Shown piece after piece: positions 28,536-38,080 of a stretch of 64,000 nucleotides of DNA. The DNA is taken from positions 48,936-112,935 of the forward strand of contig JANORP010000378.1 in the NCBI GenBank assembly GCA_031415375.1, written 5' to 3'. Numbering within the stretch: the stretch's first letter is position 1; each line of letters opens with the position of its first letter. The position numbers and the translations under genes are program-made. The notes under the pieces are model-generated. The model was given only the letters and a program-made list of their open reading frames with translations, had not been told where the DNA came from and made no database searches. The stretch comes from Bacteroidota bacterium. Lineage in GTDB: Bacteria > Bacteroidota > Bacteroidia > J057 > JADKCL01.

Positions 28536-29403
28536 CGCCGCGCTCGTATTTCACCAAGCCTACCCCTTTTGCAAAGTACTGATATTGGGTCTCGACGCGC
28601 ATGTTTTCTTCCTCGACATGGTAGGTCTCGATACGCACTTTCATGCAATTGCTGAATTTACCAGCAGGCACCTCACAGTCAAGGCTGTTCTCGTGGGTAT
28701 AGACGACAAAAAAATCGCCTTCTTTCCAAATCGCATACAAGACATCGCCCGGTTGGCTATCGTTGTTGTAGAGCAACTGGAAACTGCGCAAACTCTCTGG
28801 ATCGACCGCATGCAATTCCTTTTCATTGCCAGCACTCACCGAATAAATCTGGGATTTTTCTTTGCGGAAGAAGGCTGTGTCGAGCGCTTCATTGTATTTT
28901 GAGCCGATATGGTCGGGATTCACCAAGTAGTAATAGTCGAGTCCATTCACCTCGACCTTGTACACACTCAGGTGGTAGGTCGGTTTCTCGACGTTGCTGG
29001 AGCGAAAGGTATAGGAATTGCCTTCGTGAAGGGGAAAGTAGTCTTCTGAGAGGGCTGGAGCAGATGCGCTATTGGCGGGAAAATGCTTACGGCGACCATT
29101 GGTGGCCTCGTAATACTCGACCTCCGATTTTTGACCGTTCGTTTTGTCAAATGCAACGGCATACAAAAACCCGCGCGAAGCATGCATGGCAAGGGTCGCC
29201 ATGGCCACAGCCATTTCTTCCCAATCTTGTTCCCCAGCGAGCGCATCGATGTCCAGCAACATCACGCCTGCACTGCGGTAGCTATCTTGCAAGCCCATGG
29301 CATCTGCGCCCATGGCTTCAGATTGGTTTTCAAACATGGCCCGTTCCAAGGCTGCTTGATCCTTGAATTGAAAAATTCCCTTATATGTCTGCCGGAAGCC
29401 CAT
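28495..29403 (-). CDS. Hypothetical protein
   Basis: A long ORF with genome-typical codon usage and no recognised motif. ATG 29403 (MGFRQTY...) is preferred over TTG 29424. Confidence 0.55.
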   Translation of the reverse strand: MGFRQTYKGIFQFKDQAALERAMFENQSEAMGADAMGLQDSYRSAGVMLLDIDALAGEQDWEEMAVAMATLAMHASRGFLYAVAFDKTNGQKSEVEYYEATNGRRKHFPANSASAPALSEDYFPLHEGNSYTFRSSNVEKPTYHLSVYKVEVNGLDYYYLVNPDHIGSKYNEALDTAFFRKEKSQIYSVSAGNEKELHAVDPESLRSFQLLYNNDSQPGDVLYAIWKEGDFFVVYTHENSLDCEVPAGKFSNCMKVRIETYHVEEENMRVETQYQYFAKGVGLVKYERGDVALELESYHVEG

Positions 29404-29796
29404 GCGAATCTCTTTTTGAAACAAATTTTACCGTTTCCAACAACACGCAGAAACTCGAAGCTAAATTGCGGCATTCAGGGCAAAGGTGCAAGCCATTTGC
29501 AAAAACCGCCTTCAAATTTGGATCAAACATCGCGCATTTTCAGGAATTGCCGTTTGATCTGCACATCAGATGGGCCAATTCGCATCGCAAATGCACACTG
29601 CGCATCACATTTCAGAAGCCCACTTAGAGTCCAGAAAAAGGTCTAAACGCCGATTGAAGCCATTCTAGCATCCTCTTTGCCAAGAAATAGGGGCTAGGCA
29701 AATGTCGTGGGTCTCACTCAAAAGGCGAAAGGAAGGCACAAAAAAGTTTATCTTTACATTGTTCCAAATTTTCTGAAATCTTATCCCTACCGGACC

Positions 29797-30468
29797 ATGA
29801 ATCATACATTTAGAAAATTCGCATCCTTCCTTCTGCTCTGCCTGGGCATGATCACTGGGACAGCGATGCACCCTACCCCATCCAATCCAGATTATTATGT
29901 GCTGGGAAACAGCGGTGGCGTCTATAAGAACAATGTCAAGATCGACAGTGGCTATGAAGGGCTATCGATGACCGCCGTGGGCAAGGATTATTATATTTTG
30001 GGGAATGGTGGTGGTGTTTATAAGAACAATGTCAAAATCGCCTCGGGCTACGAGGGTGTCGATATCGCCGCCGATGCGACCGGCTGGTATGTGCTTGGCC
30101 AAAGCGGCGGCGTTTATAAAAATGACCAAAAAATCGATTCCGATTATGAAGGTCTGGCCATCGATGCTTACGGTGGCCACTACTACGTATTGACCGTGAA
30201 TGGCAATGTCTATAAAGACGGCCAAAAAATCGACAGTGGCTATGAGGCCATTGATATAGCTGCCGACGCGACTGGTTATTATGTTTTGGGCAAGAGTGGT
30301 GGTGTCTATCACAACAACCAAAAAATCGACGACGGGTATGATGCCGTGGCCATCGATGCTGCTGGCGGCCATTATTTCATTCTCGGCACGAGCGGTGGCG
30401 TGTATCGTGACAATGTCAAGATCGACAGTGGTTACGAAGCCCACGACATCGCTGTCGCTGCAGAATAG
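29797..30468 (+). CDS. Small secreted protein made of six 32-aa tandem repeats (putative beta-propeller/lectin-like)
   Basis: ATG 29797 gives the signal-like 'MNHTFRKFASFLLLCLGMITGTAM'. Six units then follow the pattern 'YYVLG.SGGVYKNN.KIDSGYEG..IAADATG'. Confidence 0.7.
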   Translation: MNHTFRKFASFLLLCLGMITGTAMHPTPSNPDYYVLGNSGGVYKNNVKIDSGYEGLSMTAVGKDYYILGNGGGVYKNNVKIASGYEGVDIAADATGWYVLGQSGGVYKNDQKIDSDYEGLAIDAYGGHYYVLTVNGNVYKDGQKIDSGYEAIDIAADATGYYVLGKSGGVYHNNQKIDDGYDAVAIDAAGGHYFILGTSGGVYRDNVKIDSGYEAHDIAVAAE

Positions 30469-30471
30469 CGG

Positions 30472-30903
30472 TCAGCTACCCTCCAACGCGCTGCGTACCA
30501 TGCCTTGCAGTCGTGCTGCGTGTGCTTGCCACCAAACTAAGATCGCCACATCTGCCGCTGCCCAAGACAAGTCTGCCATCTCCTCAGGTAGGCACCACTG
30601 CGCCTGGGCATGCTCACACAGGAATAGCTGCCCTCCTTTACACACACAAACAAAAGGCGTCAGCTCCAGCCATTCACCAGGCTTATAGGGATACAGTGTG
30701 CTAGGGCCGTGCGCCACTATCTGGATCTCCAAACTCAGTTCCTCTTTGATTTCCCGCACAATGCATTCCTGGGCAGTCTCGTCGGGTTCGATCTTGCCGC
30801 CAGGGAATTCCCATTCTCCGGGAAAGGACATTTGCGGCCCACGCTGGGTGCAAAGGACGCGGATCCCGTCGCAAATGATCGCACATGTAACGCGTAGCGG
30901 CAT
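30472..30903 (-). CDS. NUDIX hydrolase (MutT-like)
   Basis: The Nudix box 'GEWEFPGGKIEPDETAQECIVREIKEEL' matches GX5EX7REUXEEXGU. Confidence 0.85.
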   Translation of the reverse strand: MPLRVTCAIICDGIRVLCTQRGPQMSFPGEWEFPGGKIEPDETAQECIVREIKEELSLEIQIVAHGPSTLYPYKPGEWLELTPFVCVCKGGQLFLCEHAQAQWCLPEEMADLSWAAADVAILVWWQAHAARLQGMVRSALEGS

Positions 30904-30957
30904 GCCGCAAGATACATAGGAATCATGCCATCAAAATGCCTGCACACGCAGGCCCCC

Positions 30958-30997
30958 AAAAAATGAAAGCCGACCCCATGTTAGGATCGGCTTTCAT
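30958..30997 (-). terminator. Rho-independent terminator downstream of the glycine-rich T9SS protein gene
   Basis: The stem ATGAAAGCCGA (30963-30973) pairs with TCGGCTTTCAT (30987-30997). On the minus strand it is followed by TTTTTT. Confidence 0.7.
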
Positions 30998-31033
30998 TCA
31001 ATCTTGTAGGCAGGCGTGACAGCCCGACCAACG

Positions 31034-32983
31034 TCAGTCTTGTTTCACGATCCGCAAGGTCTCTTGACCGGTCGCGGAGGTCATCTTCAAGAGATATACG
31101 CCGTTTTGAAAGCGGCTCAGATCGACAGTTGCCGTCGCTGATCCCGTTTCATTTTGCAGGAGCAAGCGCTTGCCTGCGACATCATAGACCTCCAATTGGA
31201 CTTGGTCAAGCACGCTGCCAAAGTCCACATGAATGCGGCCATTGGTAGGGTTAGGAAACAACGCAATGCGTGTCGTCAGGCCATTCACCAGACCGACCAC
31301 GCCTGTGCATGCAGAAGTGTCTGAGCAGTTGCCGTCGGAGACAATGACGCCGAAGCTCCCGCTGACCGACGGGGTATAGGACTGCGATGTCGCGCCTTGA
31401 ATCGGCGCGCCTGTACCACAATCGATCCATTGGTAGGTCGCCGCATTGGCGCTGGCAGTAATGGTACCGCCGTTGACGGTGGTCGAAGTATTGATGGAGG
31501 GCAGCACGTTAAGCACGGTCGTGACCACAGAGTCGCAACCGCCACCATTGGTGAGGACGTCGCTATAGGTGCCTGTGGTGGTGTATGTGTTGTTGCCGAC
31601 GGTGACAGACGCGCCATCGCAGATGGTGAATGCCTGGGTACTGGAGTCATCTGCCGTCACTGTCACGGTAAACGAGCAGGAGCTCGCATTGCCGTAGATA
31701 TCGAGGGCTTGGTAGGTGACTGTGTTTACACCGACAGGGAAGCTGGCACCGCTAGTGTCGCCTGCGATCAGCGATACCAATACGCCAGCGCAAACGTCGG
31801 TAGCAGCGGTAGGCGTGTAAGTCACAACCGTGCTGCAAGTGCCTGGATCATTGCTGGCAACGATATTGCCAGAGCAGACGATGGTCGGTGGTGTCTGGTC
31901 TTGCACTGTGACTGTAAAGGAACACGAGTCATTGCTGCCCGCACCATCGGTCGCTGCAAAGGTCATGGTAGTGGTGCCCACAGGGAAGGATGAGCCACTT
32001 GCGAGGCCCTGGATCATGGTTGTGGTCACTGGACCCACGCCGCCATAGGTGATGAGCACGCGACCATTGCCAGTCTGGAAGCCAGCCGTATTGACTTGGT
32101 TGGTGCCAATATTGATGGAGCCGCCGCCGCCGCCGCCAGTGAAGGGTTGGTTGCCACTGGTCGCGCCGCCTGAGTAGCCGCCACCGCCGCCGCCATTGCC
32201 GCCTGTGAACCAACCTGCCCCGCCGCCGCCATAGCCGCCGCCATCGACATTGTTCCCAGTGCCGCCAATGCCGCCATTGAGGTAGGATTTACCATTGTTA
32301 TTTGCAAGGCCTGTGCCAGCGATACCGTTGGTCAGGAATCCGCCGCCACCGCCGCCTGAGCCGCCGCTTGCGCCACCGCCATTGCCATTCACGCCACCAG
32401 CAACGACGCCATTTCCGCTTGCCGTGCCAGAGGTGGTGATCGAAGCATCCACACCGTTGCGGTTGTTGCCACACTGCGTGATATTGTTGCTCGCACCGCC
32501 ACCACCACCGGCAGCGAGCAGACATACATTGCCAGCACGCACAACGAAGGTGCCACCACCACCGCCTGCATCGGAACCGTTGGTAAAGCCTTGCTGGCCT
32601 ACCATGATGCTCAATACCTCGCCTGGTGTCACTGCAAAATCACCTTGCATGCGTGCACCAAGGCCGCCTGTAGCAGCACATGTCACTGTGACGGAGCCGC
32701 CTTGGGCGCCGCTGCCGTCAATGTAGAGAGAGGTCACGCCAGGGGGTACTGTAAACGACGCCAACGAACCTGTGTAGTTGATGGTTGTCGTCACTGGGAG
32801 GATGGTACAGGTATTGGTATCATTGGGTGCTGCATAGGTCACAATGGCTGAGCACACGCCAGTATCGGCCAACTGGACGATATTCGACGGGCAGGTGACC
32901 GACACACAATTTTGACCATAACCTTTGGCAGTCACCAAAAGCAAAACAAGAAGCACAATTGTTTGGAGTCGATTTAGAATCAT
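31034..32983 (-). CDS. T9SS-secreted protein: glycine-rich (ALK/LTK-type Gly_rich-like) domain plus HYR domains
   Basis: Signal peptide 'MILNRLQTIVLLVLLLVTAKGYGQ'. 'YTGSLASFTVPPGVTSLYIDGSGAQGG' is followed by ~250 aa of poly-Gly blocks (GGGGGTF, GGGGGGF, GGGGGGY, GGGGGGS). HYR signatures are 'GLASGSSFPVGTTTMTFAATD..CSFTVTV' and 'PPTIVCSGNIV...CSTVVTY...FPVGVNTVTYQALD..CSFTVTV'. The tail is 'IALFPNPTNGRIHVDF...LRIVKQD'. Confidence 0.85.
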   Translation of the reverse strand: MILNRLQTIVLLVLLLVTAKGYGQNCVSVTCPSNIVQLADTGVCSAIVTYAAPNDTNTCTILPVTTTINYTGSLASFTVPPGVTSLYIDGSGAQGGSVTVTCAATGGLGARMQGDFAVTPGEVLSIMVGQQGFTNGSDAGGGGGTFVVRAGNVCLLAAGGGGGASNNITQCGNNRNGVDASITTSGTASGNGVVAGGVNGNGGGASGGSGGGGGGFLTNGIAGTGLANNNGKSYLNGGIGGTGNNVDGGGYGGGGAGWFTGGNGGGGGGYSGGATSGNQPFTGGGGGGSINIGTNQVNTAGFQTGNGRVLITYGGVGPVTTTMIQGLASGSSFPVGTTTMTFAATDGAGSNDSCSFTVTVQDQTPPTIVCSGNIVASNDPGTCSTVVTYTPTAATDVCAGVLVSLIAGDTSGASFPVGVNTVTYQALDIYGNASSCSFTVTVTADDSSTQAFTICDGASVTVGNNTYTTTGTYSDVLTNGGGCDSVVTTVLNVLPSINTSTTVNGGTITASANAATYQWIDCGTGAPIQGATSQSYTPSVSGSFGVIVSDGNCSDTSACTGVVGLVNGLTTRIALFPNPTNGRIHVDFGSVLDQVQLEVYDVAGKRLLLQNETGSATATVDLSRFQNGVYLLKMTSATGQETLRIVKQD

Positions 32984-33148
32984 AAGATTTTAGAGATGAA
33001 TAAAGTTGGATAAGCAAAATTAAATTGACCAGACCTCATGCCTTGTCAGAGACGAAAGCTGCTCGAGAGCCTGTAAAGCCGCAATATGGCCTATTTTTGC
33101 GGATCGACGTATCCTCAGCGGCAACATTTTCCGAAAATACTTGAGACA

Positions 33149-33191
33149 ACAATACAAAAGATGCGATCTCCGAATAGCAGATCACATCTTT
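33149..33191 (-). terminator. Rho-independent terminator downstream of the small GIY-YIG-like gene
   Basis: The stem AAAGATGCGATCT (33157-33169) pairs with AGATCACATCTTT (33179-33191) with one mismatch. On the minus strand it is followed by TTTTGTATTGTT. Confidence 0.6.
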
Positions 33192-33213
33192 TACAAAAAG
33201 GGAGGAGGACAAT

Positions 33214-33609
33214 TTAGCTGTCTTGGCCGATCTCTTCGTTGGCACTTGCCGATTCCTTGTGCACGTGGCTGCAGCCAGGGAAAGGGCAAGCCAAGTCCAA
33301 GCCGCGTGGTGGGCGTGGGTGATGCGCGGCATTGTCGAGGGTGCTCAATCCCTTGTGCCAAAACATGCATTCCCACTGATAGGCATCGGTTGGGTCACTG
33401 CATACCATGAACTTGAAGTAGTGGTAATGCGGCTGATTGCGGGAGAGATCGTTGAGCTTATCATAAAGACGCACATCATCACGGCCTATGTAGGCCGGTG
33501 CGCCCATATTGGTGCGGTAAAGGATGTAAATCCCGGGTGCAAATGGCACTTTGGCGGTGGCCAATCGCGCCAATGGAACCTTGACAGGACTAAGCAAATG
33601 AGGTTTCAT
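33214..33609 (-). CDS. Small hypothetical protein with a GIY-YIG-like N-terminal motif
   Basis: Starting at ATG 33609, the protein contains 'PGIYILYRTNMGAPAYIGRDD', which is GIY-x10-YIG spacing. The C-terminal Cys/His cluster is 'HHPRPPRGLDLACPFPGCSH'. The gene has its own terminator. Confidence 0.5.
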   Translation of the reverse strand: MKPHLLSPVKVPLARLATAKVPFAPGIYILYRTNMGAPAYIGRDDVRLYDKLNDLSRNQPHYHYFKFMVCSDPTDAYQWECMFWHKGLSTLDNAAHHPRPPRGLDLACPFPGCSHVHKESASANEEIGQDS

Positions 33610-34090
33610 AGAACATTGTGTTGGAGTAAATAGAAAAATGATCCGGAAAATAAGTGTACAAAACGCTGTCGTTTCGAGCTTGTGTGTGGGCCTGCACTTA
33701 GGGGCGAAGCAAACCAACACCAGCTTTGGAAAGTCAAGTTAGGAAAATATCCGAGATTCGCAACAAATTTAATTTATAGTGATTCCGTGTAAATCAACGA
33801 TTTGTATCAAATATTTAGGAAGATAAATGAATATCTGTCAATAGAGGTTGCGGCCATGTCTATACAGCTACCTAGCCAAAACCTCATTTTTCAAACTCAG
33901 GCACGATACAACGCCTTCTCGGCAAGTTCGGGGTCACCAGCCTGTATTCTGCTCAATATTAGTATGCAATAACAGCAGGTCCTGCGCAAAAATTGTTTAA
34001 GCGACGCAAGGGAGAAATCCGCCTTGGTGGTCATGGCTGCATGCGATCGACAAACCGCCATAGTGTACAAGGTGAGGTCGCTGTAGTGGT

Positions 34091-35857
34091 TCAATACCCT
34101 TCATACATGTACCGCATCACTTGTTGGATGCCGCGGCTCACCTCTACCAGCACTGCATTCTTGGGGTATTGCTGCGCCAGGGCTGCAATCGATGCCTGCG
34201 TGGCCCCTTTGCCTTTGAGCCGCACCATTTCCCTGATCAGGTTGGTGAGTAGGTTGCTCGACACCGAGGCCTTTTTTGAAAATGCCAGCGCTGTCGATTG
34301 TGTGAGTACCGACCAATACAACTCTGGAAAGCGCTTGCGCAAAACATCTGACCAAGACGTAATGCTACTCAAGGCCATGCTCGACAGGTATCTTTCCAAG
34401 CCATCTATATCCTGATCTAGCTGGAATAAGCCTACGATTTTCTCTTGTTCAAGGTCCTTACGCGCATCCATGTCCTGAATGAGCCTGCCACGCTCTGCGA
34501 CCCAGCGTTCACGCCCAGCAATGTCTGCGATATGCTTGAGTGCGACACGATCGGTCTTGTAACCCAATCGGTAGATGCGCAATGCCAGCTCGACTCGGCC
34601 ATCGATATCCCCAGCCTCGGCCAAGAGTTCATCGACCAAATTGGCCCAATGTCCCAGCCTGGACGGATGGTTTTGATTCAAACTGAGTCCCTTCTGAGCG
34701 ACCTTGATCGCTTTGGTCAGCTGCCCTTGCTTGCGGGCCTCATCGATTTCGAGCGCGAGGAAATATCGGGCGTTGGCATGTTTTTTGGCGAATTCTTGTG
34801 CCGATGCATCACCGAGCACGCGGCGCACCATTTCTAAGTGGGCCTGCGTCACCAACGGAAAGTCGTCGTGGTAATGGGTAAATAGCTTCTCAACGGTCTC
34901 GAACTCGCCCCCTTTTGTACACACGCGCGACAGCAATCGCAAGTAGGCACTGTTACGGTATCCGCCCTGTTGCATAGCAAGCGCCCTTAGAAAGACATCG
35001 ATGCGCTCTGCCTCTGGCAAAGCCTCCGTCCCGATGCGATCGATCGTATCGATGCTCACTTTGAGGATGCGCTTTGTATCGGCATCGATCGCGTGGGGCG
35101 AGTCGGTGACATCGACCATGGCCTGGATCACGCTCTTGGCGGCAGCGAATGCAAGTTCGTAGGACTGTGCATCGATCAAGCGCCCACTTTCCATGGCCCA
35201 CTCGTCGAGCCGCTTGATGAGCACAGCCATAGAGCCCTTGTTCACGCGGCCACTCTTGCCGACAGCAGCCTTGATCGTTTCGGCGATGCGTTTTTCCAAA
35301 TCGGCCGGGGTCGCAGCTGGCAGTAAGTCTGAAAAATGCGCTTTAAGGCGCACCTCGATATTCTTGTCGAGCTTGCACTCCTGCAAGAGGAAGGCCACGA
35401 GTTCCTCGTGCGGCACGCGGGCGATGATGTCAGCGGCGGTCTTGGGTGGCTTGGGTGGCTTGATAGCCTTGATTTTGGGAGCCTTTTTCAAAGGCGCATC
35501 GTCCAATTGGGGTCGGCCAACACCTTTGCCTGGGACTTTTTCCTTGGCCACCTTGCCCGATTTGGTCGTGATGCCTTCTTTGAACTGGCCAGCCTCCATC
35601 GCAAATACAACGGCGATGGCGTGTCTGCACAGGCTATCGCCCGCTTGTCCACAAGCGCATTGCGTCCCTACAACTACATCGTTGGTGATTTGCAACTCTG
35701 GATGCCATGTGCCGTCAGCATCTTGCACGACGGCTTCCAAGCGGCCCTTGCCCAGGTTTCGTATCGCCTCTACTTGGCCGCGCTCGTAAAGACCGAGTCC
35801 ACGCTCCAGTGGCTCCGGCCGCACGTGTTGTTCAAATTCGCTCAAGGGTATGCGCAT
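34091..35857 (-). CDS. SWIM zinc-finger domain protein with a long helical C-terminal region
   Basis: 'CACGQAGDSLCRH' matches the SWIM pattern CxCx(n)CxH. It is followed by a Lys/Pro-rich linker and ~400 aa of helical sequence. Confidence 0.75.
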   Translation of the reverse strand: MRIPLSEFEQHVRPEPLERGLGLYERGQVEAIRNLGKGRLEAVVQDADGTWHPELQITNDVVVGTQCACGQAGDSLCRHAIAVVFAMEAGQFKEGITTKSGKVAKEKVPGKGVGRPQLDDAPLKKAPKIKAIKPPKPPKTAADIIARVPHEELVAFLLQECKLDKNIEVRLKAHFSDLLPAATPADLEKRIAETIKAAVGKSGRVNKGSMAVLIKRLDEWAMESGRLIDAQSYELAFAAAKSVIQAMVDVTDSPHAIDADTKRILKVSIDTIDRIGTEALPEAERIDVFLRALAMQQGGYRNSAYLRLLSRVCTKGGEFETVEKLFTHYHDDFPLVTQAHLEMVRRVLGDASAQEFAKKHANARYFLALEIDEARKQGQLTKAIKVAQKGLSLNQNHPSRLGHWANLVDELLAEAGDIDGRVELALRIYRLGYKTDRVALKHIADIAGRERWVAERGRLIQDMDARKDLEQEKIVGLFQLDQDIDGLERYLSSMALSSITSWSDVLRKRFPELYWSVLTQSTALAFSKKASVSSNLLTNLIREMVRLKGKGATQASIAALAQQYPKNAVLVEVSRGIQQVMRYMYEGY

Positions 35858-35931
35858 GGCGGAAATTTCGGGAAATGTCTCCGTTTTGAGGTACCCTACT
35901 TTTCAACAGTCGATCGGGGAAGCATGCAATG

Positions 35932-35978
35932 AATGAGAGCGCCGCCTATCGGGAATCCCGATGGGCGGCGCTCTCATT
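35932..35978 (-). terminator. Long GC-rich hairpin downstream of the SprB-repeat gene (putative terminator)
   Basis: AATGAGAGCGCCGCC (35932-35946) pairs with GGCGGCGCTCTCATT (35964-35978), and the inner sequence ATCGGGAATCCCGAT is a palindrome. There is no clear T-run. Confidence 0.45.
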
Positions 35979-35990
35979 TATTGGCTGCGC

Positions 35991-37982
35991 TTATTGCCGC
36001 ACCAATTTCAAAGTCTTGCGCTGGCCAGCCATCCGCACTTCGAGGAAATAGACACCAGCAGTCAAGACAGGATCCACAAGCACTTGCCCCTCGGTCACAT
36101 CATTTTGCTCCCAGAGCAAGCGACCTTGGAGGTCCGTAAGCGCCAGTTGCGCGGATACATTCCCCATGCCCGACAAGCGGATGATGAAGCTCGTGGAGAA
36201 TGGATTGGGCGCGACACTGACACCTACAGGAAATGCCTCCCCGACAGCGATCACCAAATCGATGGTGAAAGTCTGTACATCGATGCAGCTGTTGTCGTCG
36301 GTGATGGTAACCGTATAGGTGCCCGCAGCCAAGCCGTTGATGTCTTGGGTCGTGGCTCCATTGCTCCATAGATAGCTCAGGCTGCCTGTGCCGCCCGAGG
36401 CTGTAAGGTCGATGCTCCCATTGTTGCTTCCAGTGTCATCTGTCGATGTGCCACTGGCCACGATGGCGGCTGGCTCATTGAGGGTTACAGAGTCAGATGC
36501 CACACAACCGTTTTGGTCGGTGACGATGACGGCGTAGGTCCCCGAGGCAATCCCAGTAAGGTCCTCCAAAGAACTGCCATTGCTCCACGCGTAGGTATAT
36601 ACAGGCGTGCCACCGGTGGGTGTGAGGTCTATGCTACCCGAGCTATCGCCCGCGCAAGCGGGTGCGTAGGACTGGATCGAAGGGATCAAGGGTGCTGGGT
36701 CGGCGACCAGAACGCTGTCAACATGGCTGCAGCCAGTGCCATCGGTGACCGTGACACCATAGGTGCCTGCTGGCAAAAGGCTGATCGTCGCGACGACATC
36801 GCCAGTGGACCATAGATAGGTGTAGTTGCCGGTGCCACCAGCAGGTGTCAGAAGGATAGCGCCATTGCTATCACCGGTACAAGAGGGCAGCAATACGCTG
36901 TCGGCAATAGAGATGGCTGTTGGCTCCAGCACCGATGTGCTACTTACCGTCGTGCAGTTATTGGCGTCTGATACGGTTACCGAATAGCTGCCAGCAGTGA
37001 GGCCGGTGATGTTTTGGGCCGTGCTGCCAGTGGACCAAATGCATGTATAACCTGCAATTCCACCAGCGATGTTGTTGGTGACACCGCCGTCGGCAAAACC
37101 ATTGCAGCTTGCGTCGGTGGGCAGCAGAATAGAGGTGAGCAGCGTCGGCTCAGTGACGACGATCGAGGTCGCGGTGGAACAAGGTGTCTGATCTGTAACA
37201 GTGACGACATAGGTGCCTGCCGTCAAGGCTGTGACATCTTGGGTGGTAGCGCCATTGCTCCAGAGATATGAATAGCCGGGATTGCCACCCGTTGCACTCA
37301 GGTCGATGGCACCATTGTTGCCGCCATTGCAGCTAGGATTGGTCACCACCGTGCTCGTCGCAGGCCCCGTGCCTGTGCCGATGGTAATGTTGTCCCATAC
37401 CCCCACCGAGGAATTGAAATTGTAGAGGCTCACACGGCTGACGTTGTTGACGGTAGAGGACCTAAATGGAAATGCTGTCGAGACCAATACCCCGTTGATC
37501 CAGATGTCAAATGTATGCGCGGTAAAATTGACGTTGCGCATCTCGATATGGTACCATGCGTTGGGAGGGCAAGTATAAATATATGTGCTAGACGAGACAA
37601 ACCGGATATTGGTGCCGCCTTGCCAGTAACAAAACATGATGCAGTTGTTGGCGGTGAGGCTAGCGTCGCCGGCCACCATGTAATTGGAGGCACCTGTCCC
37701 TGTCGGATAGACGTCCCAGCTCATAAAACTCGGCGTAGAGGCGGCAAATGTGGTATTGAATCCCGTGAGGTGGCTACTCGTGCCTCCCGTTCCTTCCAGG
37801 CGATAGAGGCCAGAATAGGGGTTGGTGGTCGTGACAGCGCCCGAGGTGAGACCCGCGCCGATGGTCCAGGTGGGCGAATAGGATCCCGACTCAAAACCGT
37901 CGTACAATGCCGCCCCGCATTGGGCGTCGGCATGAAAGGCAAGCAAGCAGAGTACACAAAAGGTGAGTAGTAGTTTTCTCAT
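35991..37982 (-). CDS. T9SS-secreted SprB-repeat protein with an N-terminal lectin/LamG-like region
   Basis: ATG 37982 gives 'MRKLLLTFCVLCLLAFHADAQ'. About six SprB-type units follow, for example 'CNGGNNGAIDLSATGGNPGYSYLWSNGATTQDVTALTAGTYVVTVTD'. The tail is 'VSVAPNPFSTSFIIRL...KTLKLVRQ'. Confidence 0.85.
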   Translation of the reverse strand: MRKLLLTFCVLCLLAFHADAQCGAALYDGFESGSYSPTWTIGAGLTSGAVTTTNPYSGLYRLEGTGGTSSHLTGFNTTFAASTPSFMSWDVYPTGTGASNYMVAGDASLTANNCIMFCYWQGGTNIRFVSSSTYIYTCPPNAWYHIEMRNVNFTAHTFDIWINGVLVSTAFPFRSSTVNNVSRVSLYNFNSSVGVWDNITIGTGTGPATSTVVTNPSCNGGNNGAIDLSATGGNPGYSYLWSNGATTQDVTALTAGTYVVTVTDQTPCSTATSIVVTEPTLLTSILLPTDASCNGFADGGVTNNIAGGIAGYTCIWSTGSTAQNITGLTAGSYSVTVSDANNCTTVSSTSVLEPTAISIADSVLLPSCTGDSNGAILLTPAGGTGNYTYLWSTGDVVATISLLPAGTYGVTVTDGTGCSHVDSVLVADPAPLIPSIQSYAPACAGDSSGSIDLTPTGGTPVYTYAWSNGSSLEDLTGIASGTYAVIVTDQNGCVASDSVTLNEPAAIVASGTSTDDTGSNNGSIDLTASGGTGSLSYLWSNGATTQDINGLAAGTYTVTITDDNSCIDVQTFTIDLVIAVGEAFPVGVSVAPNPFSTSFIIRLSGMGNVSAQLALTDLQGRLLWEQNDVTEGQVLVDPVLTAGVYFLEVRMAGQRKTLKLVRQ

Positions 37983-38080
37983 AAGTTGATGAAGAGATGA
38001 ATTGCGAATAGACAAATCGATTGATCTGTAAGCCAAGATAGGAAAAAAAATTCGGTTTGCAGCAGCGAAAGGTTGGTTTT

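Noticed and set aside
33897-34094. 65-aa ORF overlapping the SWIM gene stop by 4 nt
   Set aside because: It has a TTG start and a Cys-rich odd composition (RRTCCYCILIL), with no recognisable motif. The evidence is insufficient, although translational coupling cannot be excluded.
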